Shown here one piece after another: positions 30,554 through 39,341 of a DNA stretch of 64,000 nt. The position numbers and the translations under genes are program-made. Within the stretch, counting starts at the first letter, position 1; the number at the start of each line of letters is the position of its first letter. The notes below the pieces were generated by a model that had not been told where the DNA came from, made no database searches, and saw only the letters and a program-made list of their open reading frames with translations. The DNA comes from an uncultured Porphyromonadaceae bacterium (GTDB taxonomy: Bacteria; Bacteroidota; Bacteroidia; Bacteroidales; Muribaculaceae): positions 4,760 through 68,759 of the forward strand of contig CAMWQB010000001.1 of assembly GCA_947176295.1 (NCBI GenBank), given 5' to 3'.

Positions 30554-30558
30554 ACTTG

Positions 30559-30599
30559 CAAAGGTACACACATTTTTTGAAGAATTTGTTATATCTTTG
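30559..30599. promoter_or_regulatory. Back-to-back divergent -7 elements for recQ (-) and polA (+)
   Basis: TACCTTTG on minus (30566-30559) and TATCTTTG on plus (30592-30599). Confidence 0.6.
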
Positions 30600-30668
30600 C
30601 ACAAACCCTATTTTACCCGCCCGGCCACAGGAAAACGCCGGCGCCTCACCCATAAAAAATATTCGACA

Positions 30669-33485
30669 GTGGCTAAATTTTTCCTTCTCGACGCATACGC
30701 CCTTATTTACCGCGCCTACTATGCATTGGTGCGCTCTCCCCGCGTAACATCCTATGGCCTCAACACTTCCGCCATATTCGGCTTCTGCAACACCCTCGAC
30801 GAAGTCCTGCGAAAAGAAGCTCCCGACTATATCGGCGTATGCTTCGACCCCGCCGGAGGCCACACTTTCCGCCACGAACAATACCCCGAATATAAAGCCG
30901 GGCGCGACAAGCAGCCCGAAGACATCACCCTGTCCATCCCATACATCCGCCGTATTCTCGAGGCCTATCGGATTCCGGCGGTAGAAATTCCCGGATATGA
31001 AGCCGACGACATCATTGGCACCCTCTCGCGCAAAGCCGAAGCCTACACCGATTTCACCACCTACATGATGACCCCCGACAAGGACTACGGCCAGCTCGTT
31101 ACGGACCGCGTGTTCATGTATCGTCCCTCGCTCCGGGGGCAGGGATTCGAGATACGCACCCCCCGAGAGGTGTGCGAGCGCTACGGCATTTCCTCTCCGA
31201 GGCAGGTAATCGACCTGCTTGCCCTCGAAGGCGACGCCTCCGACAACGTCCCCGGCTGCCCGGGCGTCGGCGAAAAAACGGCCGCAAAGCTTATCGCCGA
31301 ATTCGGCTCCGTAGAAAATCTACTTGCGCAAACCGACCGGCTCAAAGGAGCCCTGCGCAAAAAAATCGAGGACAACAAGGAGCAGATTCTGATGTCGAAA
31401 GAACTCGTTACGATCAACACCGATGTGCCTCTCGAAATCGGTCCGCGCGACTTTCTCCGCCGCGAGCCCGACCGCGAGGCTCTCGCAAAGATATTCGACG
31501 AACTTGAGTTCCGCACCATGGCCGCGAAGCTCGGCATCGACAAACACCGCGCCGAAACACCGGCCACTAAACCCGCACCCGCGCCGGCACCACAGACCGA
31601 AGGCGACGGCAGCCTCGGCGGCCTCTTCGACTGGGCCGATGCCGAGGAGGCAACGGCAGCCCCGGCGGAATTCTCTATGGATTCTGCCGAAATCTCTACA
31701 GCCCCTGCGGCCGTGAGCGCTTTTGCGGAGCGTGCGCTCGCCTCGATGCGATCCATAGGCCTCGCCCTCGATGCTCCCGGCGAAGACGCCTTCACCGATC
31801 GCCTCCGCGGCCTCGCCATTTGCCGCCACACCGAAGGCGACAGCTCCGAAACCCTATACATCCCCCTCCCGGCCGCCGACAGTGCCGGCCGGGCAGCCCT
31901 CCTCGAACCTCTGCGCCCGCTTCTCGACACCCCGGCCCTCACCATCGTAAGCCCCGACGTGAAGCGCGACATGATACTCCTGCGGCGCGAAAGCCTCGAA
32001 TGGAAACGCACGGCATGGTTCGACACATCCGTGGCCCATTATCTCGTGGCCCCGGAAATGAAGCACGACATCCCCACCCTCGCCTTCACATATCTCGGAT
32101 ACCGCACGGCCGACTACGACCTCACCGCTACGGAGCGCCGGAAGGCCCTCGCGGCGGCCACAGACCCGGAGGCCGCCGCGCAGCTCATCGGCGAAACAGC
32201 CGAAGCTGCCCTCCGCCTCGAAGCGCCCCTGCGGTCGGACGTAGCCCTCAAGGGCGCGACAAAGCTCCTCGACGAGGTCGAGCTGCCATTCGTCCGCGTG
32301 CTCGCCGAGATGGAATGGACCGGTGTCCGAATCGACACATCCGAACTCCAAGCCATGGCCGGAGGCCTCTCAAAGCGCATCGACGACCTCGAAGCGCAGG
32401 CTTTCGCAATAGCCGGGCACTCCTTCAATGTCGGCTCCCCTACCCAGGTGGGCCAAGTCCTATTCGGCGAACTTGCCATCGACCCCAAGGCAAAAAAAAC
32501 AAAGGGAGGCGCGTGGAGCACCACGGAGGAAGTGCTCGAGAAATATAAAGCCTCGGTGCCGCTGGTGCAGATAATCCTCGACATCCGCGGCCTGCGCAAA
32601 CTTCTCTCCACCTACATCGAGGCCCTGCCCAGAATGGTGAACCCGCGCACGGGCAAAATCCACACCACCTTCAATCAGACCGTAACGGCCACAGGGCGAA
32701 TATCCTCCACCAATCCCAACCTCCAGAATATCCCCATCCGCACGGCCGACGGTCGCGAAATCCGCCGCGTATTCATCCCCGACCCCGGCCACGTAATGCT
32801 CTCGGCCGACTACTCGCAAATCGAGCTGCGCCTCATGGCCCATTTCAGCGGCGACCCCGGCATGCTCGAAGCCTTCCACAGCGGCGAAGACATCCACCGT
32901 GCCACTGCCGCAAAAATTTATCACATACCTCTGGCTCAGGTGGGCGACGACCAGCGCCGGAACGCCAAGACCGCCAACTTCGGAATCATCTACGGAATCA
33001 GCGCCTTCGGCCTCTCCGAACGCCTCGGCATCCCCCGTTCCGAGGCCAAGGCCCTCATCGACGGATACCTCAAGAGCTATCCCGATGTGGAAAAATACAT
33101 ATCCGGCGCCATCGACCGCGCCCGCGAGGACGGCTTCGTCTCGACAATCCTCGGGCGCAAACGCTACCTCCCCGACATAAACTCGCGAAATGCTGTTGTC
33201 CGTGGATATGCCGAGCGCAATGCCGTGAACGCCCCACTCCAGGGCTCAGCCGCCGACATCATCAAGGTGGCCATGATCCGCATCTATCGCCGCATCGGCG
33301 AAATGGGTCTCCGCTCGCGCATGATTCTCCAGGTCCACGACGAACTCGTCTTCGACGTCGTACCCGAGGAGCTGCCGGCCCTTCAGAAAATGGTCATCGA
33401 GGAAATGGAGGGAGCCTTCCCAGGCTCGCGCGTGCCCCTCGAAGTAGGCGCCGGCGTGGGAGCCAACTGGCTCGAAGCCCATTGA
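30669..33485 (+). CDS. polA: DNA polymerase I
   Basis: 5'-3' exonuclease (LLDAYALIYRAY, EADD, TPDKD); polymerase motifs SADYSQIELR, KTANFGIIYG and QVHDEL; GTG start at 30669. Confidence 0.96.
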   Translation: MAKFFLLDAYALIYRAYYALVRSPRVTSYGLNTSAIFGFCNTLDEVLRKEAPDYIGVCFDPAGGHTFRHEQYPEYKAGRDKQPEDITLSIPYIRRILEAYRIPAVEIPGYEADDIIGTLSRKAEAYTDFTTYMMTPDKDYGQLVTDRVFMYRPSLRGQGFEIRTPREVCERYGISSPRQVIDLLALEGDASDNVPGCPGVGEKTAAKLIAEFGSVENLLAQTDRLKGALRKKIEDNKEQILMSKELVTINTDVPLEIGPRDFLRREPDREALAKIFDELEFRTMAAKLGIDKHRAETPATKPAPAPAPQTEGDGSLGGLFDWADAEEATAAPAEFSMDSAEISTAPAAVSAFAERALASMRSIGLALDAPGEDAFTDRLRGLAICRHTEGDSSETLYIPLPAADSAGRAALLEPLRPLLDTPALTIVSPDVKRDMILLRRESLEWKRTAWFDTSVAHYLVAPEMKHDIPTLAFTYLGYRTADYDLTATERRKALAAATDPEAAAQLIGETAEAALRLEAPLRSDVALKGATKLLDEVELPFVRVLAEMEWTGVRIDTSELQAMAGGLSKRIDDLEAQAFAIAGHSFNVGSPTQVGQVLFGELAIDPKAKKTKGGAWSTTEEVLEKYKASVPLVQIILDIRGLRKLLSTYIEALPRMVNPRTGKIHTTFNQTVTATGRISSTNPNLQNIPIRTADGREIRRVFIPDPGHVMLSADYSQIELRLMAHFSGDPGMLEAFHSGEDIHRATAAKIYHIPLAQVGDDQRRNAKTANFGIIYGISAFGLSERLGIPRSEAKALIDGYLKSYPDVEKYISGAIDRAREDGFVSTILGRKRYLPDINSRNAVVRGYAERNAVNAPLQGSAADIIKVAMIRIYRRIGEMGLRSRMILQVHDELVFDVVPEELPALQKMVIEEMEGAFPGSRVPLEVGAGVGANWLEAH

Positions 33486-33532
33486 CCCCCCCCGGTCGCT
33501 GGCCGCCTGCACGGCACCCTTCACGAAGCTCC

Positions 33533-34183
33533 CTACTCCGCATTGTCGCGGAGCCACTTCGTGCGCACGGCGTCGGGCAGATGCTTCACAGTGAAGTCGC
33601 TAAAGGTAACGTTGAACCCTTCGCCATCGGGGCATGCTGCCATCATGCCCACCTTCACCGGGCGATTGGCCTCCATCCACGCATTGCGCATGAGAGTATA
33701 TTCCTTGTCGTCGAAAGAATAGAAAATCTCTATAGCATCCAGACGGCGCACGGCCTTTATCCACACGTGCTTCACCGTCTTGTCCAGGGCTATCACACTC
33801 CAGTCCGACGTATGGTGCGTTACCACCGCGCTCAGATTGTACTTCCCGTCGACATACTCTATGCCCGCCTTGATATAGTTTTCGTTGTCGATGCGGATCA
33901 TCATGCCGGCCTGGTCGAAGCGCACCCTATAGTCGCCCGAAATCTTGACCTTAGCCTCGAATTCGCCCCCATATTCGGCATAGTAGAACGGCGCGTCGTC
34001 CACCGTGAAGCCATAGTGCGAGATGCGCCAATAGTCGCTTTTGGGCGTTACACTCATCGTGAGCTTCCCTTTCGAGATGTTCCACTTCTCAGGCTCATTG
34101 AACCAATTCATCTTTTCAAGGGTCTGCGCACTCATGCCTCCGGCAACCGCCATCAGCATCAACGGGAGAATTATTTTCTTCAT
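33533..34183 (-). CDS. DUF1349-like beta-sandwich protein with signal peptide
   Basis: SDYWR, FDQAGMMIR, IKAGIE and VGMMAACP motifs; start MKKIIL at 34183; TATCTTTG element at 34226-34219. Confidence 0.75.
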   Translation of the reverse strand: MKKIILPLMLMAVAGGMSAQTLEKMNWFNEPEKWNISKGKLTMSVTPKSDYWRISHYGFTVDDAPFYYAEYGGEFEAKVKISGDYRVRFDQAGMMIRIDNENYIKAGIEYVDGKYNLSAVVTHHTSDWSVIALDKTVKHVWIKAVRRLDAIEIFYSFDDKEYTLMRNAWMEANRPVKVGMMAACPDGEGFNVTFSDFTVKHLPDAVRTKWLRDNAE

Positions 34184-34257
34184 ATCCTTATAGTATTTAA
34201 AAGTTTCCATTATCCATGCAAAGATAAGCACTTTCTCCCAAACCGGGAATTCCCCCC

Positions 34258-36711
34258 TTACTTCTCGGAGAGGGTGTAATCGCCGGCGTTGGCTGTTACG
34301 GCGGACTGGAGGTCGGCCAGAGGCAGAACTTCGCCCGAGAACTCAACGACGGCTTCTGCAGGTTCGAGTGTTACGGTAGCCTTCACCCCGGGCACGGAAT
34401 TGAGAGCGCGTTCTACGTGGCCGCGGCAGTGCTGACACATCATGCCGCTCACGCCATAAGTCTTCTTTGTCATAGTGTTTACTTTTATAGGTTTTTGTAT
34501 TTCAGTTATTTTCTTGCGTTTAAGCAGGAGCGAATTCGTCACTACGCTCACGCTCGAGAAAGCCATCGCAGCCCCGGCAATCATCGGATTCAGAAGGAAG
34601 CCAAACGCCGGGTATAGCACCCCCGCAGCCACAGGCACCCCTATCGCATTGTAGATGAAGGCCCAGAAAAGATTCTGCTTCACCGTGCGCATCGTCAGCC
34701 TCGACAGCTCCAGTGCCTGCGGGATTTTAGCGAGGTCAGCGCCAACGATCGTCATCCCGGCCACATCCATCGCTATATCAGAGCCAGTCCCCATCGCAAT
34801 CGAGAGGTCTGCAGCAGCCAGCGCTGCCGAATCGTTGATGCCGTCGCCCGCCATTGCCACCACGCGCCCCTCGCCGCGAAGACGCTCCACAAGCGCAGCC
34901 TTGTCCTGCGGAAGCGCACCGGCCTCCACATGCTCGATGCCGGCCTCACGGGCCACGGCCGCAGCCGCTCGGGCATTATCGCCCGTAAGCATCCACACAT
35001 CCACCCCCTCGCCCCTGAGAGCGGCGATGGCCTCCACAGCCGACGGCCTCACCGTGTCGGCGCAGCCCGCCAGTGCAAGCACCGATGTGCCCGCCCCGAA
35101 AGCCACTGTCGTAAGGCCTGCGGCCTCCATATCGGTAGCCGCCTGAGCCAGCGCAGGGCTCATGTCGAGCCCCTTTTCCGACATCATGCGCAAGCTTCCC
35201 GCACAGTATTCCATCCCGTCGCCCCCACGACCGCATACACCCCGGCCCGGAACAGCCTCGACATCTCCAAGGCTACACTCGACCATAGGATAATAGGCCG
35301 CCACAGCCTCGCCGAGAGGGTGGCCCGAAGCCCCCTCGAGGGCAGCGAACATTCCACGCAGCCCGGCAGAATCAGCCCCGGCTTCCCATACAGCCCTCAC
35401 CACGCGCGGGCGCCCCTCGGTGATGGTGCCCGTCTTGTCGAGGAGTACGGTATCCACCTTTCGGGCAGTCTCGATGCTGTCGGCATCCTTGATGAGTATT
35501 CCCGACGAAGCCGCGCGCCCAATACCCACCATCAGCGCCGTAGGCGTGGCCAGGCCGAGCGCACAGGGGCAGGCAATGATAAGCACCGTAACGGCAGCCA
35601 AAAGTCCATGCACAAGGCCCTCCCCGGGGCCAAGCACGAGCCATGCCACGAACGAAAGCAGAGCAATACCGATTATGACGGGCACAAACACGGCGGCAAT
35701 CTTGTCGACAAGTTTCTGCACCGGAGGTTTCGAGCCCTGGGCTGTCTCCACCATGCGGATAATTCTCGACAGAAGAGTATCACCACCGACGCTCACGGCC
35801 CTGTACGTAAACGAGCCCGTGCCGTTCACCGTGCCGGCAAACACCCGGTCGCCCACGGCCTTGTCGACGGGCACCGGCTCTCCGCTGAGCATACTCTCGT
35901 CCACAAAGGAGCCTCCGCTCTCGACCACGCCGTCGGTGGCCACGCGCTCGCCGGCGCGAGCACGCAGGAGCATCCCCGGGCGGATGTCCGCAATCTCGAT
36001 GATGCGCTCCGTGCCCCCTTCGGCGTCCACCTCCGTAACAGTCCTGGGCTGCAGACCTATAAGGGAGCGTATCGCTGTGGAAGTATTGCGCTTGGCCCGT
36101 GCCTCAAGCGTCCGGCCCAGGAGGATAAAGGCTATTATCACGCCCGCGGCCTCGAAATAGACGTGCGGAGCGATGCCGCGCGACGTCCAGAATTGCGGAT
36201 AGAGCAGGGTGAAGAGGCTGAAGGCCCATGCTATTCCCGTGGACAGAGCCACGAGCGTATCCATATTCGACGACCCGCGGCGAAGCTGCCTCCATGCCCC
36301 CGAAAAAAATTGGCCGCCGAAGCCGAAGAGCACAACCGTGGCCAGGCCGAAGGTGGTCCAGTGCGCCCACGCATCATGCATCCAGCCCATCCCCACAACA
36401 ATCAGGGGCACACAGAAAATCCAGGCGAGCAAGGTGCGCAGCCGAAGCCTGCGGTATCCCGCTTCGGCGGCATCCTCAGCCTCCGAAGCCGCATCCTCGC
36501 CCAGAAGAAGGTCGTAGCCCGCAGCTCGCACCGCAGCCCGCACCGCCTCCGCATCGCATGTCGGTTCAAGCTCGAACGCAGCCTTGGCCGACGCATAGTT
36601 CACACGCGCATTCTTCACCCCCGGCACCGACGCGATGGCCTTTTCCACACGCGCGGCACAGGCCGCACAGCTCATGCCGGACACGGGGTAAGTCTCAGTT
36701 TTCGATGCCAT
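34258..36711 (-). CDS. copA: Copper-translocating P1B-1 ATPase with N- and C-terminal HMA domains
   Basis: GMSCAAC N-terminal HMA, CPC, DKTGT, SGHP, GDGINDS, YN and MAFSS motifs; C-terminal GMMCQHC HMA; start at 36711. Confidence 0.9.
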   Translation of the reverse strand: MASKTETYPVSGMSCAACAARVEKAIASVPGVKNARVNYASAKAAFELEPTCDAEAVRAAVRAAGYDLLLGEDAASEAEDAAEAGYRRLRLRTLLAWIFCVPLIVVGMGWMHDAWAHWTTFGLATVVLFGFGGQFFSGAWRQLRRGSSNMDTLVALSTGIAWAFSLFTLLYPQFWTSRGIAPHVYFEAAGVIIAFILLGRTLEARAKRNTSTAIRSLIGLQPRTVTEVDAEGGTERIIEIADIRPGMLLRARAGERVATDGVVESGGSFVDESMLSGEPVPVDKAVGDRVFAGTVNGTGSFTYRAVSVGGDTLLSRIIRMVETAQGSKPPVQKLVDKIAAVFVPVIIGIALLSFVAWLVLGPGEGLVHGLLAAVTVLIIACPCALGLATPTALMVGIGRAASSGILIKDADSIETARKVDTVLLDKTGTITEGRPRVVRAVWEAGADSAGLRGMFAALEGASGHPLGEAVAAYYPMVECSLGDVEAVPGRGVCGRGGDGMEYCAGSLRMMSEKGLDMSPALAQAATDMEAAGLTTVAFGAGTSVLALAGCADTVRPSAVEAIAALRGEGVDVWMLTGDNARAAAAVAREAGIEHVEAGALPQDKAALVERLRGEGRVVAMAGDGINDSAALAAADLSIAMGTGSDIAMDVAGMTIVGADLAKIPQALELSRLTMRTVKQNLFWAFIYNAIGVPVAAGVLYPAFGFLLNPMIAGAAMAFSSVSVVTNSLLLKRKKITEIQKPIKVNTMTKKTYGVSGMMCQHCRGHVERALNSVPGVKATVTLEPAEAVVEFSGEVLPLADLQSAVTANAGDYTLSEK

Positions 36712-36716
36712 AGCAT

Positions 36717-37127
36717 TCACTTCTTTCGGCAGGACGGGCAAAGCCCTTTTATCACATAATTGGCCGAACTCGCCTCAAACCCCTCAGGCAAGGCCACGGG
36801 AGGGATTGGCTCGGAATCGAGGCAGAAGGTGCGTCCGCAGGACAGGCAGTGGAAGTGGGGGTGCAGATCGGCGTCATGCTCCTCGCCGAAATGGCGGCAT
36901 AATTCATACTTCACCGACCCCGAGCCGTCGTCCACGCTGTGCACCAGCCCTTTGGAGCTGAACAGCACCAAAGTGCGGGTGATGGACGAACGGTCCACCG
37001 TCTCCAAAGCTCTCTCAAGTTCGAGAGACGACACCGGGCGTCCCGCGCCCGCTATAGCCCGCGCCACAAGAATGCGCACAGGCGACGGCCGCAAGCCCGC
37101 TTCGCTCAATATGTGTGAAATCTCCAT
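36717..37127 (-). CDS. Fur-family transcriptional regulator
   Basis: GLRPSPVR..R helix, HPHFHCLSC and GLCPSC zinc motifs. Confidence 0.85.
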   Translation of the reverse strand: MEISHILSEAGLRPSPVRILVARAIAGAGRPVSSLELERALETVDRSSITRTLVLFSSKGLVHSVDDGSGSVKYELCRHFGEEHDADLHPHFHCLSCGRTFCLDSEPIPPVALPEGFEASSANYVIKGLCPSCRKK

Positions 37128-37136
37128 ATTGCAAAT

Positions 37137-39083
37137 TTAGCTATTTTTTCCGAGACGCAGGGCTGCGAGAGTAAAAATCACCGTGAGCAGCGTTATCCCC
37201 GTGTCCGCGAACACTGCAGCCCAGAGCGTAGCCACCCCGAGTGCTCCGAGAATCATCACGATGAGTTTCACCCCGATGGCGAAGGCCACATTCGTGCTCA
37301 CCACCCTCTTCAGCTTCCGCGAGAGAGCGAAGCCCTCGGCCAGAGCCACGGGCGAGGGCGTGGTCATCACGGCATCGGCCGTCTCCATCGCCAGGTCGGT
37401 GCCTCCCACGCCGATGGCCACACCCACGGTGGCGCCGGCAAGCGATGGGGCATCGTTTATGCCATCCCCTACAAAAACGGTCCTCTTCCCTACCCCTTCC
37501 TCCGAGGCCACAATCGAGGCCTTGTCCTCCGGCATAAGCCCGGCCTCGAATCTGTCGGCACCCACAGTCTTCGCCGTGCTCTCCACGGCCTCCCGCCGGT
37601 CGCCCGACAGCAAGCCTATCGTGCTCACACCCATGCGCCTCAGGGCTTCGAAGCTCGCAGCTACGTCGGGGCGCAGAGTGTCGCTGAGATATATCCGTCC
37701 AATCAAGCGCTCACCAAGAGCCACACACACTTCCGTACCCTCGGCAGAAGACTCTGCCACATTCAGGCCCTTGCTCTCGAGCAGACGGCGCGACCCGACA
37801 AGCACTCGGCGCCCCCCCAGGCGCCCCTCCATGCCGTGGCGCACGGTGCGCAGGTCGGCAAGGGCGACCTCCGAGGTCCGCGGACCGGCATACTCGAGGA
37901 TGGCCCGCGCCAAGGGGTGCGAACTCTCGGCCTCAGCAGCCGCCGCAAGCTTCAGCACGAATCCCTCGTCGAAACCCTCGGATGCCACAACTTGCGAAAC
38001 CCCGAACTTCCCCGCTGTGATTGTGCCCGTCTTGTCGAAAAACACGGTCGTACACCGCCGCAAGGCATCCAGAGCCTCGCTGCTCTTGAATAGAAGTCCG
38101 CGCGAGGAGGCCACTCCTATGGCGGCGAAATAACTCAAGGGCACACTCACCACCAATGCACAGGGACACGAGCACACAAGAAGCACCAGCGACCTCTCGA
38201 GCCACACTCTCCACTCGAACACCCCGCCTCCCCGCAGCGCAACGACCATCGGCACCACAAACAGAAGGGCAGCAGCTGCGAACACCAGCGGTGTGTACCA
38301 GCGCGTGATGCGTCGCAGCAAGGTCTCCGTGCGCGACTTCCGCGAGGCGGCATCATCGATCATCGCAAGGATGCGGCTCATCGAACTTTCGCCATATGGA
38401 CGGCTCACGCGCAGGCGCACGGTGCGATCCACGGGGATAGACCCGGCGGCAACTTCGCCTCCCGGCTCCAGCTCCACGGGCAGGCTTTCGCCCGTGAAGG
38501 CCGACGTGTCGAACGACGCGGCCTCATCCGACAGCAGCTCGCCGTCGAGGGCCACCCGCTCGCCCGGGCGCACCACTATCACCTCTCCGCGACGCACCTC
38601 TTTCGGGTCGACAAGCCCCCGACCCTCCACCTGCGCCCGCTCGGGAAGCTTGCTCAGGAGTGCCCGTATGCGCTCGCGAGAGCGCTCGGTAGCAGCATCC
38701 TCGAGTTTCTCGCCCAGGGAATAAAAAAGCAGGATGGCAACCCCCTCCGGATATTCGCCAAGCGTAAATGCTCCTGCGGCTGCAAGCACCATCAGCGAAA
38801 ACTCATTGAAGAAATCTCCTCGCCGCCACTCTCCCAAAGTCTCCCTCACCACAGGCAGTCCCACAGGCAGGAGCGCAAGAGCGCACACAACCCCCTGCAG
38901 CCACGGGATTGCCGGAAAGACATGAGGCACCGCAAGACCGATGGCAAGCAACACCGCCGACTCTATCTCCGCGGAATATCTACGCACCGACGAGCTGCAT
39001 CCCTCCCCATCGCAATGATGGTGGTGATGGCGGGAGTGCCCGTGGTGGTGGCCATGTTCATGTTTATTATTGCAGCATTCCAT
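37137..39083 (-). CDS. zntA: Zn/Cd/Pb-translocating P1B ATPase (ZntA/CadA-like) with a His/Cys-rich N-terminus
   Basis: SCPCAL, DKTGT, SSHP, GDGINDAP and FAD motifs; N-terminus CCNNKHEHGHHHGHSRHHHHHC. Confidence 0.85.
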   Translation of the reverse strand: MECCNNKHEHGHHHGHSRHHHHHCDGEGCSSSVRRYSAEIESAVLLAIGLAVPHVFPAIPWLQGVVCALALLPVGLPVVRETLGEWRRGDFFNEFSLMVLAAAGAFTLGEYPEGVAILLFYSLGEKLEDAATERSRERIRALLSKLPERAQVEGRGLVDPKEVRRGEVIVVRPGERVALDGELLSDEAASFDTSAFTGESLPVELEPGGEVAAGSIPVDRTVRLRVSRPYGESSMSRILAMIDDAASRKSRTETLLRRITRWYTPLVFAAAALLFVVPMVVALRGGGVFEWRVWLERSLVLLVCSCPCALVVSVPLSYFAAIGVASSRGLLFKSSEALDALRRCTTVFFDKTGTITAGKFGVSQVVASEGFDEGFVLKLAAAAEAESSHPLARAILEYAGPRTSEVALADLRTVRHGMEGRLGGRRVLVGSRRLLESKGLNVAESSAEGTEVCVALGERLIGRIYLSDTLRPDVAASFEALRRMGVSTIGLLSGDRREAVESTAKTVGADRFEAGLMPEDKASIVASEEGVGKRTVFVGDGINDAPSLAGATVGVAIGVGGTDLAMETADAVMTTPSPVALAEGFALSRKLKRVVSTNVAFAIGVKLIVMILGALGVATLWAAVFADTGITLLTVIFTLAALRLGKNS

Positions 39084-39122
39084 ATATATTATATATTCTG
39101 ATTACAATCTATATATCTAACA

Positions 39123-39157
39123 CAAAATTACCCCGAAAGTAATGCACATCATGTGCA
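39123..39157 (-). promoter_or_regulatory. Promoter and candidate operator of the zntA-fur-copA operon
   Basis: TAATTTTG -7 element (39130-39123); ATTAC-N7-GTAAT (39127-39143) and TGCACAT-C-ATGTGCA (39143-39157) palindromes. Confidence 0.55.
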
Positions 39158-39271
39158 GACCCCCGGCTCAACCTCCGAACAATAATTGCCGGCACATGCA
39201 GTTTTTCGGGCAAGGTAGATGTTTTTGAGATTTTTTTAGGGCATTTAGTTGGCGAAATACGAATATTTCAT

Positions 39272-39279
39272 TAACTTTG
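39272..39279 (+). promoter_or_regulatory. -7 promoter element for the S8 protease
   Basis: TAACTTTG. Confidence 0.6.
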
Positions 39280-39341
39280 CACACTTTGTTTGTGCATTTA
39301 CTGCCTTTTTGATTATCACACTTCGAATCTCAACAATCGAT

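Noticed and set aside
28322-36759. Long plus-strand ORFs 28322-29818, 33482-34279 and 34930-36759
   Set aside because: Antisense to recQ, the DUF1349-like gene and copA, with no recognisable domains
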